This document shows, piece by piece, positions 52,853-61,556 of a DNA stretch of 64,000 nucleotides. The position numbers were made by a program, and so were the translations under genes. Under the pieces are notes generated by a model. It was given only the letters and a program-made list of their open reading frames with translations. It had not been told where the DNA came from and ran no database searches. How positions within the stretch are numbered: position 1 is the stretch's first letter; each line of letters starts with the position of its first letter. The stretch is from an uncultured Myxococcales bacterium (GTDB lineage Bacteria > Myxococcota_A > UBA9042 > PWKZ01 > CAYRCM01). The stretch spans positions 15,377 to 79,376 of the forward strand of contig CAYRCM010000003.1 of assembly GCA_964422715.1 (NCBI GenBank). The letters are read 5' to 3'.

Positions 52853-54202
52853 TCACTTCGCGGGCGGGGCCGCTGCGGTCGGGGGCTCTGGCGCGCGGTC
52901 GAGCACGAACGTGCCCGAGGCTCGCAACTTGCCGTCGTGCAGGTCGAACGAACCGCAGACGCGTTCTGCCGTGACTTCGGTCAGTTCGAGCTCGCCGGCT
53001 GTCAGAAAGGCGTTGAAGTGCAGCGTAACGCCCCCGGGCAGCCGAACCGTGGGAACGACCCGGAAGTCGTTGTCATCGTGAGGGCTGACTTCGTAGCGAC
53101 CGATGCGCAGAGCACGTCCGGTCAGACGCCGAACATCGAGGAGCAGCAACGTCTGGTCGCGGCCGAGTTTGCCGCGCCGCGGGTCGAAGTCGGCGGGCAG
53201 TGCAGCGTTGGCGAAGTAGAGTTCTATCGCATCATTGGCGGCCAGCGGCGCCTGCGGGGCAGCCGGGACGAGTCCGGCCGCCTTGGCGCTGTCGAAGGGG
53301 AGCGGTTCGGCGGCCGCCGTGCCCTCGCGCGCAACCGTGGCCTGTGTGGCGGGCGGGCAGCCGGGCGCGCCCCGCGGCGGCCGGGCCCGCCCCACGGCGC
53401 GCACAACGGCGCCGGCCCCATCGAAGTAGAGCCGTTCGCCGGCCCCATAGGGGGTGCCGCCAATCGTCATCGCCTGTCCGAGTTTGGCGGCGGTGAGCGT
53501 GTGTTCGGGGGCGCTTGCGTCGAAGTCGAGCACCGATCCGCGCGGGAACGACAGGTTCTGGACCGTGACCGGGGCCGCGAGCGTGGCGTGCGTGAGGTCG
53601 AAGCGTGGCGTGAGATAGATCCACTCGTCGGCCGCGACCGGCAGCCCCTTGACCCATTGGGCCTTGCGCAGGCGAAAGGCCACGAAACGTCCGTCGGGCT
53701 GGAAGCGAACCTCGGTGCCGGCCATGAGCGCCAGGCCCGAGACGGCGAAGTCGACGGCCAGCGTGCAGCCCGCGAGCGACTTGCCGGAGTAGAACGTGGT
53801 GTCGGTCTCGGCCGCGCACGGCGTGCCCGCAAGGGCCGTGGCGCGGTGCAGCCGCACGTTGGCCGGCTTGCCGCCCACCGTCGCCTGGACGACGTAACGG
53901 TCGGCGGGCAGGGCCTCGCCGTCCGCGAATTGCGGAAAGTCGGCGGGCAGCGGGGCGGGCCTGGGCTCGGGCAGGGGGGCCGCCGGGTCTGCGTCCGGGC
54001 GGGCCGACTCGCTCGGTTTCGGGTCGGCCGCGGGGCCGGGGGCCTTTGCGGCGGGCCCCGCGCCCGGGGCGGCCACGATGGGCGCGAGGCCGGTGGCCGC
54101 CGTGGGCTCCGGGCTCCGAGAACAGGCGAGCAGGAAAGCGAGCGCAAACAAGGCGCCCCCCGCGATGCGCACGGGGCGGTCACGGCGTACCGGTCGGTTC
54201 AC
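52853..54202 (-). CDS. Hypothetical lipoprotein, co-operonic with the M3 peptidase
   Basis: GTG at 54202 preceded by GGAG. Signal peptide plus …FLLACS lipobox, then a Pro/Ala-rich linker and a C-terminal globular domain. Its stop lies 10 nt from the pepF-like start. Confidence 0.5.
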   Translation of the reverse strand: MNRPVRRDRPVRIAGGALFALAFLLACSRSPEPTAATGLAPIVAAPGAGPAAKAPGPAADPKPSESARPDADPAAPLPEPRPAPLPADFPQFADGEALPADRYVVQATVGGKPANVRLHRATALAGTPCAAETDTTFYSGKSLAGCTLAVDFAVSGLALMAGTEVRFQPDGRFVAFRLRKAQWVKGLPVAADEWIYLTPRFDLTHATLAAPVTVQNLSFPRGSVLDFDASAPEHTLTAAKLGQAMTIGGTPYGAGERLYFDGAGAVVRAVGRARPPRGAPGCPPATQATVAREGTAAAEPLPFDSAKAAGLVPAAPQAPLAANDAIELYFANAALPADFDPRRGKLGRDQTLLLLDVRRLTGRALRIGRYEVSPHDDNDFRVVPTVRLPGGVTLHFNAFLTAGELELTEVTAERVCGSFDLHDGKLRASGTFVLDRAPEPPTAAAPPAK

Positions 54203-54527
54203 GGGTGCGGGCTCCTCGACGCGGCCACGGGGCCGCGCGGCAAGGTTTTTTGGGCCCGGGCGGGGGATCGAGACGGCCCCGCGGGCGGTTGCACGGCCGA
54301 ATGATAGGCGGCCACGGCGCGGAATGCACGCCCCGCCCGACCCAGTTCGGGGGGGGCGCCATCCGAGCGCGGGCGGCGCTCCCGCCAGGCCGGCTCGCCG
54401 TGAACGGCGTTGATCTTTGGATTCCAATGCCTAGACTGCGTCTGCCGCGCGCCGTGCTCGGCGTTCCGGTCGAACGGCACCGAACCGGACACTGCGTCAG
54501 CGGCCGACGGCACCAGGGGCGAAGCGT

Positions 54528-57500
54528 ATGACCAGCACCACGTTCTTGCCGCGGGCGTTCGCCGTCCTTGCGGGCGCCCTGTGGGTGGCCGCCTGTGGCA
54601 GCGAAATCACGAGTCCCGTGGGGTGGATGGATACCCTCTCGGGCGGCGACCAGACGGCCCCGCCGCTTTTCGACACGGGCCGGAGCGACGACGCGGACCT
54701 GCCGCCCAACCCGGGCGCCTGCACCCATGACGCCGAGTGCGCCGACGTCGTCGTGGGGCTCGGGCCCTGCTTGGTGGGCCGCTGCGTTGGTCTGCCGGGC
54801 CGTTGTGAAGCGCAGCCGGCCGAGGCGGGTTCTCCGTGCAGCGACGGCGACCCGTGCACAAGCGACGATGTCTGCGGCGCCGGCGGCTGTCACGGTACGG
54901 ACGTTGCGGGCTGTCTCGCCTGCACCGGCGACGCCGACTGCCAGCAGCGTGCCGAGCCCGATCTCTGCAAGGGCGCGCCGCGCTGTGTCGACGGGGTTTG
55001 CGCCCGCGACCCGGCCGGAACCGTCGACTGCACGTCGGCCGAAGACACCGCCTGCCGCTGGGCCGCGTGCGATCCGGCGACCGGGCAGTGCGAGCCGGTT
55101 CTGGCCGCCGACGGCACGCCCTGCGAACTCGGCGGCGGCGAGTCTGTCGACGTCTGCGAGCAGAGCACCTGCCTTTCGGGGCTCTGCCAGGTGACGCCGC
55201 TGCCCAACTGCTGCGCTCCCGACTGCGTCGCCCGGGCCTGTGGCCCCGACGGCTGCGGCGGGACTTGCGGCGCATGCCCCGACGGCGAAACGTGCGACGC
55301 CTCGGGGCAGTGCCGCTGCACGCCGAATTGCCTTGGCCGCGAGTGCGGCGGCGACGGTTGCGGTGGGAGCTGCGGCGAATGCGCCGGGGCCGACGTCTGT
55401 ACGCCCGCCGGGCGGTGCCAGTGTCTGCCGAATTGCGTCGATCGCGAATGCGGCCCCGACCCGTGCGGCGGCGTCTGCGGCACTTGCCCGCCTACGCTCA
55501 CGTGCGACGAGTTGACTGGGCAGTGCCAGGGCTGCCTGCCGCTTTGCGCTGGCAAGCAGTGCGGCGACGACGGGTGCAGTGGGTCGTGCGGCGAGTGCCC
55601 GGCGGGCATGGCCTGCAACGCGGTCTTCCAATGCGAAACGTGCCGGCCGGCGTGCGCCGGAAAAGACTGCGGCCCCGACGGTTGCGGCGGCGAGTGCGGC
55701 AACTGCGTCGGAGGCACGACGTGTGACGCGTGGGGGCATTGCGTCGGCTGCACGGCCGACTGCACCGGCCGCGAGTGCGGGCCCGATGGCTGTGGCGGCG
55801 AGTGCGGCAGTTGCGCCGCGGGCACCGCGTGCAACGCGGCGGGGCAGTGTGAGTGCATGGCGAACTGCGTCGGCCGGCAATGCGGCAGCGACGGCTGCGG
55901 CGGCTCGTGCGGCGCGTGCAGCCCGGAACTGCAGTGCACCGCCGACGGGCAATGCGCCTGCGTGCCGGCCTGCGCCGGGCGACGTTGCGGTCCCGACGGC
56001 TGTGGCGGCGAGTGCGGCACTTGCCCGGACGGGCACGTCTGCGGCGTTGACGGCCAGTGCGTCTGTGTCGCCGATTGCGTTGGCCGCGAGTGCGGCGACG
56101 ACGGCTGCGGCCATTCGTGCGGCAGTTGTGCGCCCAGTTTCGCCTGTGACGGCATGGGACAGTGCATTGGCTGCGCCCCCGACTGCGGCGGCCGGGCCTG
56201 CGGCGACGACGGTTGCGGCGGCTCCTGCGGCACGTGCACGGCTCCCCTCGTGTGCGAAGCCGACGGCCTCTGCCATGGCTGCACGCCCACTTGCAGCGGG
56301 CGGCAGTGCGGCGACGACGGCTGCGGGGGCTCTTGCGGTTCCTGTGGCGGTGACCTCGCCTGCGACGCGGCGGGGCAGTGCGTCGACCCCTGTCCCGTCG
56401 CCGGCACGCTGCGCTGCGGCGACGTCCTCGAGGCCACGACGGTCGGGGCTGCGAGCAACTTCCCGCTCTATCCTTGCGTTTCCTGGAGCGAGCAGGGGCC
56501 CGAGCGCATCTATCGCTTCGAACCCGACGCCGCGGTGACCTCCGCAACCTTCCAACTGAGCGGATTGGCCGGCGACCTCGACATCTTCATGCTGGTCGGG
56601 GCGTGCAGCCCTGCGTTGTGCCAGGCGTACGGCAACGACCGCATTGCCGATTTCGCCATCGCGGTCGGTCAGAACTATTTCGTCGCGGTCGACGGCTTCA
56701 ACGGCTACTCCGGCTCGTACACCTTGGCTGTCACCTGCCAGACGGCGTGCGTGCCGAACTGCACCGGCCGCGAATGCGGGGCCAACGGTTGCGGCGGCTT
56801 GTGCGGCACCTGCCCCGCCACCGAGGATTGCGACGCCTCCGGGCGGTGCGTGTGCCGGCCCGAATGCAGCGGTCGCGAGTGCGGCCCCGACGGTTGCGGC
56901 GGCGTCTGCGGCACCTGTTCCGCCGGGGAGAGTTGCAACGCCGCCGGGCAGTGCCAGGGCTGCGCCCCAAGTTGCGCGGGCCGCCAATGCGGTGCCGACG
57001 GTTGTGGTGGCTCCTGCGGCACTTGTCCGGCCGGTACGGTCTGCAATGCTTCCGGCCTCTGCGAGTGCGTACCCAACTGCGTGGGGCGTGCGTGCGGTCC
57101 GGACGGCTGCGGCGGCTCGTGCGGCTCCTGCGGCGCGGGCGAAACCTGCGACACGGCGGGGCAGTGTCAGGGCAGTTCTCCTTGCGGGGCCAACCTCGAT
57201 TCGCTGTTCACGTTGGCCTGCGGCGGCACCATCACCGACAACACGAGCGACCATGCCGGCGTGTTTTCGACCTACTCGTGTTCCGGTTGGTCCGAGACGG
57301 GCCCCGAGGTGCTCTACCGCTTCGTCGCGCCCGCGACCGAGACCGTCACGATCGACCTCGTGTCGTCCGACGCCGACCAGGATCTGTTCGTGCTCGACGC
57401 GGGGTGCCAGCCGACCGCGTGCCTCGCGTACGGCGACTGGTCCGTGTCTTTTCCGGCGCAAGCCGGCCAGACGTACTACCTGGCCGTCGACGGCTACGTC

Positions 57501-57755
57501 GGGGCGTCCGGCAACTTCGCTCTCGAAGTCGTCTGCTCGGGCGGGGCCAACAACTGCGGCGGCGTGCCCTACGCCGGCTGCTGCCGCGACGGACGCACGT
57601 TCTGGTGCGATCTCGACGCGTTGCACGCCATCGACTGCACCCACAATGAGTCGCCCAACAACACGTGCGGCTGGAACGCGGAAGCCGGCTTCTACGACTG
57701 CGGCGGGAGCGGCGCCGACCCGAGCGGGGTGTGGCCCGAAATCTGTTCGTTCTAG
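54528..57755 (+). CDS. Secreted lipoprotein with myxobacterial Cys-rich tandem repeats and two PPC-like beta-sandwich modules
   Basis: Lipobox …VAACGSE. About 11 plus 5 copies of a ~37-aa repeat C-x-P-x-C-x-GR-x-CG-x-DGCGG-x-CG-x-C. These are interleaved with …RIYRFEPDAAV…LDIFMLV…YFVAVDGFNG… and …VLYRFVAPAT…DLFVLDA…YYLAVDGYVG… modules. Confidence 0.8.
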   Translation: MTSTTFLPRAFAVLAGALWVAACGSEITSPVGWMDTLSGGDQTAPPLFDTGRSDDADLPPNPGACTHDAECADVVVGLGPCLVGRCVGLPGRCEAQPAEAGSPCSDGDPCTSDDVCGAGGCHGTDVAGCLACTGDADCQQRAEPDLCKGAPRCVDGVCARDPAGTVDCTSAEDTACRWAACDPATGQCEPVLAADGTPCELGGGESVDVCEQSTCLSGLCQVTPLPNCCAPDCVARACGPDGCGGTCGACPDGETCDASGQCRCTPNCLGRECGGDGCGGSCGECAGADVCTPAGRCQCLPNCVDRECGPDPCGGVCGTCPPTLTCDELTGQCQGCLPLCAGKQCGDDGCSGSCGECPAGMACNAVFQCETCRPACAGKDCGPDGCGGECGNCVGGTTCDAWGHCVGCTADCTGRECGPDGCGGECGSCAAGTACNAAGQCECMANCVGRQCGSDGCGGSCGACSPELQCTADGQCACVPACAGRRCGPDGCGGECGTCPDGHVCGVDGQCVCVADCVGRECGDDGCGHSCGSCAPSFACDGMGQCIGCAPDCGGRACGDDGCGGSCGTCTAPLVCEADGLCHGCTPTCSGRQCGDDGCGGSCGSCGGDLACDAAGQCVDPCPVAGTLRCGDVLEATTVGAASNFPLYPCVSWSEQGPERIYRFEPDAAVTSATFQLSGLAGDLDIFMLVGACSPALCQAYGNDRIADFAIAVGQNYFVAVDGFNGYSGSYTLAVTCQTACVPNCTGRECGANGCGGLCGTCPATEDCDASGRCVCRPECSGRECGPDGCGGVCGTCSAGESCNAAGQCQGCAPSCAGRQCGADGCGGSCGTCPAGTVCNASGLCECVPNCVGRACGPDGCGGSCGSCGAGETCDTAGQCQGSSPCGANLDSLFTLACGGTITDNTSDHAGVFSTYSCSGWSETGPEVLYRFVAPATETVTIDLVSSDADQDLFVLDAGCQPTACLAYGDWSVSFPAQAGQTYYLAVDGYVGASGNFALEVVCSGGANNCGGVPYAGCCRDGRTFWCDLDALHAIDCTHNESPNNTCGWNAEAGFYDCGGSGADPSGVWPEICSF
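55209..56390 (+). repeat. Tandem ~111-nt (37-aa) Cys-rich coding repeats, ~11 copies
   Basis: Periodic C…CGxDGCGGxCGxC motif, visible in the translation and in recurring gacggctgcggcgg / tgcggc DNA words. Confidence 0.6.
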
Positions 57756-58088
57756 CCGCGGCTGTCGGCGTCCCCCTTGACGTGGGCGAGAAGGCTCGCG
57801 GCCGCGCGGGGCCCACGGGTTTCCCCGCCGCCCTGCCGACCGACCGCGCAGCCCGTGCGCACCGCGGTGCTCCGGCCGAACCGTGATAGGCCGGGCCGCC
57901 GCGCAAGAGCCCGGCCTGTGCGGGGGCAGGGCATTTGACCGCTTTCTGGCGTTCGGGCACGATGCTTCACGCGGTTTCGGGTGGGCCTGCTCCAGGCCCC
58001 CGGGCGAGGCGGGTAGCCGCCGTCGCAGGACAGGACCGGCGGCGCGCGGTGGGCCCGCGAAGCCACAAGCGGAAGGGTAGGGGCGCAT

Positions 58089-61000
58089 ATGCCAATGACG
58101 CCGTTGAGAGCCTCGGATGCGCGTTGGCTCTGGTCGCTCTGTGCGCTTTGCCTCGTCGCGGCATCGGGGTGCGGCGGAGGCACGCCGGGGCCGAGCCTCA
58201 CGCAGACGCCGACGAGCGACGTCCGTTGGCCCTCCGGCGACGCCGGCGGGCGGGCGGCCGACATGGCACCCGGCGGCGATTCCGCCACCGGCGACGTCTT
58301 CGAGAAGGACGTCCTGACTCCCGACACAGCCGGCCCGGACGGGCACGCTGGCGACGCCGTCCCGCGGGATACGGCGTCGCCCGACCAACCCGGCGATAGC
58401 CTCCTGCCGGACGTCGCCCCGGACGGCCTCGGCGATTCGGTCGCGCCCGACATGCCGCCGTCCGACGTCTCGTTGCCCGAGGTCGCGCCGGACCAGTCGC
58501 CCGACGTTCCGCCCCTCGGTTGCCAGTCGGCCGCCGACTGCGACCTCGCGGGTCCGCCGCCCGCGTGCAACGTGTGGATCTGCATCGATCGAACGTGCCA
58601 GCCGCAGCCCGGCGAGGATGGCGTCACGTGTGACGACGGCGATCCGTGCACGCTTGACGACCGCTGCGTCGGGGGCAGCTGCCTCGGCGCCCCGCTGGCC
58701 TGCGACGACGGCAATCCGTGCACCGCTGACGGCTGCGACGAGACCGGCGTCTGCCTTTCGCAGCCGCTCGACGGAACGCCCTGCGACGACGGCGACGGCT
58801 GCACCGCCACCGACGTATGCGTTGCGGGTCTCTGCACGGGGACCTTCGTGTGCCCCTGCCAGGTCGCCGCCGACTGCGCGCCCTTCGAGGACGGCGACTG
58901 GTGCAACGGTTCGCTCGTTTGCCTCGACGAACGCTGCGTTGTCGATCCGACCACGCTCGTCGAGTGCGTCGACGACACGCCAGCCGATTGCACGGTCCCC
59001 CAGTGCGCGCCGGCAACCGGTCAGTGCGAGGCCGCAGCGGCGCCCGACGGGACGTCCTGCACCGACGACGACCCGTGCACCATCGACGACCGCTGCATTC
59101 GGGGGCTGTGCGAACCCGGCCAGCCGCCCGACTGCGACGACGACAATCCCTGCACCGACGACCTCTGCTCGCCGTCCGGCGCCTGCGCTCACGACCCGGC
59201 GGCCGAGCCGCGCGGCTGCGAGGACGGCGATCCATGCACCGGGCCCGATGTCTGCGCCGACGGCGCGTGCGTTCCCGGTCCCGAGGTCGTCTGCGAATCG
59301 GCTCTGCCCTGCGCCAGCGGCCTCTGCGCCCCGGGTGTCGGCTGCCAACTCGTGCCGAACGACGGCGCGCCGTGCGAGGACGGCGACTTCTGCACCGCGG
59401 GCGACGCGTGTTCCGGGGGGCTCTGCGCGCCGGGCGCGCCCGCGTTCTGCGACGACGGCAATCCCTGCACGAGCGAGACGTGCGAGCCGGCCACGGGTTG
59501 CGCAGTGCAGCCCCTCGACGGAGCGCCGTGCGACGACGGCAACCCGTGCACCGAGAGCGACAGCTGCCTCGACGGTCAGTGCCGCGGCAGCGATGTCTGC
59601 GAGTGCAACAGCCCGGCCGACTGCGCGCCCTACGAGGATGGCAACCCCTGCAACGGCACGCTCACGTGCGACGTCTCGGCGTTGCCCTACCGGTGTGTGG
59701 TCGACCCTGGAAGCGTCGTGCAGTGCGAGCCGGACGGCGATACGACCTGCCGCCAGAACGTCTGCGATCCCGCCTCCGGAACGTGCGACCTTGCGGCCCG
59801 CAACGAGGGCGTCGCGTGCGACGACGCCGACCCGTGCACGGTCGACTCGCGCTGCGCCGCGGGCTCGTGCAGCGGCGGCGCGCAGCTCGCGTGCGACGAC
59901 GGCAATCCGTGCACGAGCGAGGTCTGCACGCCCGGGGTAGGCTGTGAATACGGCGCCATCAGTGGTCCGTGCGACGACGGGGACTCCTGCACCCTCGGCG
60001 ACACATGCGTCGCCGGCCGCTGCGAGCCGAGCGACATCATCGACTGCGACGACGGCGATGCCTGCACGAGCGACAGCTGCACGACCTCCGGCGAATGCAC
60101 CTACGAAATCGTGCGCTACGGGCTGCCCTGCGATGATGGCGACCCGGCCACGGTCGCCGATCACTGTGGTCTCGAAGGGGAATGTGGCGGATGGCGTCGC
60201 GTTGTGGGCGACACCACCGGCAGCAGCGCCGCGCTCACCGACGTGACGTACGTCGACCAGATCTGGACGGGCTACGGATTCCAGCGGGTCGATACGGTAT
60301 TCGCAATCGGCAGCGACCGTTTCAACGGCCAGAGTCGCGGCTGGATCGTGCGGCTGCAGCCCGACCGCATCGAGGACATCGGCGTCTCGTCTTCCCCATC
60401 GGTCTTCCAGAGCATCTCCGGCGCCATGGCGTCGGGCAGCGGCGGCCTCGTCTATCGCTACCGCACGTCGGGCTGGGCGTCCGACAACGAATTGCTGAGC
60501 GCCCTCGGGCTGGGCGATGCCCTCGCCAACGTCGAGTTTCAGGCCGTCTCGTCTTTCCGCTCCACCGAACGCTATCCGTACGTGCTGCGCGTGCTGCTCG
60601 GAGCCGGCAACGTCTCGTCCGCGGCCGACCCGAGCCTGTTCTACTGCTACCGGCATTTGACGTGGGGCACCAGCTGGTCATGCGGCCGCGAATCCGAGCC
60701 CGCGGCGCGTGCGGTCGACGCCCTGGCGGGGTTCTCCGTGTCCTCGGGCGGCTACACCGTGGCGGGGCCGGGCTGGGGCCTGACGCACGACGATACCGGA
60801 CGCTACATCGCCTACCGTCCGGCCAACTCGGGTGAGCCCGGCGCCGGTTGGGTGAACGACGCCCCGCTCGGCTGCAACCCCGCGGCGACCGGCGCGCCCT
60901 GCGCCGGCGTCGGCGCGTGGCTCGACCTCGGCGGCTACGGCAGCACCGTCTGGGCTCTCGGTTCCGGCGGGGCGCTGGCCGCGTACACCTCCGACGCGGG

Positions 61001-61424
61001 CTGGCGGGCGGTCAGCGTGCCCACTGGCGCGTTGTTCGGCGGGTCTCAGCAGAGCGACTACGATTTCGACGGCGTCTACGTCACGAGCCAGCACGTCCAT
61101 CTCGTGGGCGAGACGGCGGCGAGTCCCACGACACCCGAGCCGGGCCGGCGCTACCGCACGCTCTTCTACCTGCACTACGACCTCGTGGCCGGGCGCTTCG
61201 ATCCCGTGCGAGCCTTGCTTGCCACGTCGTGTTCCGAGGCCGTCTCCGAAGCCGACAACTGCACGGCCGGCAACCCGCTCGAAACCTACCGCCTCGACGC
61301 GGTGACCGGCACCGATGCCGGCAGCAACGAACTGTTCGCTGTGGGCAAACGCAACCGGCTCGCCTCTTCGCCCGACGAGCAGAACCGCCAGCAGGCCCTG
61401 TTCTTCTACCTCGACATGCCTTGA
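58089..61424 (+). CDS. Secreted lipoprotein with Asp/Pro-rich linker, ~16 CxDGxPCTxDxC-type Cys repeats and C-terminal ~400-aa domain
   Basis: Signal peptide plus …AASGCGGG lipobox. A D/P-rich low-complexity region (…PDTAGPDGHAGDAVPRDTASPDQPGD…). Repeated …CDDGNPCTxDxCxxxGxCxxxPLDGxPCDDGD… units. Confidence 0.8.
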   Translation: MPMTPLRASDARWLWSLCALCLVAASGCGGGTPGPSLTQTPTSDVRWPSGDAGGRAADMAPGGDSATGDVFEKDVLTPDTAGPDGHAGDAVPRDTASPDQPGDSLLPDVAPDGLGDSVAPDMPPSDVSLPEVAPDQSPDVPPLGCQSAADCDLAGPPPACNVWICIDRTCQPQPGEDGVTCDDGDPCTLDDRCVGGSCLGAPLACDDGNPCTADGCDETGVCLSQPLDGTPCDDGDGCTATDVCVAGLCTGTFVCPCQVAADCAPFEDGDWCNGSLVCLDERCVVDPTTLVECVDDTPADCTVPQCAPATGQCEAAAAPDGTSCTDDDPCTIDDRCIRGLCEPGQPPDCDDDNPCTDDLCSPSGACAHDPAAEPRGCEDGDPCTGPDVCADGACVPGPEVVCESALPCASGLCAPGVGCQLVPNDGAPCEDGDFCTAGDACSGGLCAPGAPAFCDDGNPCTSETCEPATGCAVQPLDGAPCDDGNPCTESDSCLDGQCRGSDVCECNSPADCAPYEDGNPCNGTLTCDVSALPYRCVVDPGSVVQCEPDGDTTCRQNVCDPASGTCDLAARNEGVACDDADPCTVDSRCAAGSCSGGAQLACDDGNPCTSEVCTPGVGCEYGAISGPCDDGDSCTLGDTCVAGRCEPSDIIDCDDGDACTSDSCTTSGECTYEIVRYGLPCDDGDPATVADHCGLEGECGGWRRVVGDTTGSSAALTDVTYVDQIWTGYGFQRVDTVFAIGSDRFNGQSRGWIVRLQPDRIEDIGVSSSPSVFQSISGAMASGSGGLVYRYRTSGWASDNELLSALGLGDALANVEFQAVSSFRSTERYPYVLRVLLGAGNVSSAADPSLFYCYRHLTWGTSWSCGRESEPAARAVDALAGFSVSSGGYTVAGPGWGLTHDDTGRYIAYRPANSGEPGAGWVNDAPLGCNPAATGAPCAGVGAWLDLGGYGSTVWALGSGGALAAYTSDAGWRAVSVPTGALFGGSQQSDYDFDGVYVTSQHVHLVGETAASPTTPEPGRRYRTLFYLHYDLVAGRFDPVRALLATSCSEAVSEADNCTAGNPLETYRLDAVTGTDAGSNELFAVGKRNRLASSPDEQNRQQALFFYLDMP
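58610..60190 (+). repeat. Tandem ~105-nt Cys/Asp-rich coding repeats (CxDGxPCT…), ~16 copies
   Basis: Periodic tgcgacgacggc…ccgtgcac words and the protein repeat pattern. Confidence 0.55.
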
Positions 61425-61556
61425 AACGGGCGCCTCTTCGGAGGGCTGCGCGCGGGCCGGCCAGCCGCCCCCGGCTGAGCAGGCCACGGAGGGCCCGACG
61501 CTGGCTGCGCCAGGCACCCGGGGAGCCCCGATGAGCGTTGGTGGGCGCGCCGCGGA

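Noticed and set aside
54180-60656. 2158-aa minus-strand ORF spanning both Cys-repeat lipoprotein genes
   Set aside because: Arg/Ala/Gly-rich translation with no motifs. It lies exactly antisense to two well-supported plus-strand genes with signal peptides and periodic repeats. Absence of stops on the opposite strand is expected when the sense strand is GC3-rich and uses few T-A-containing codons.
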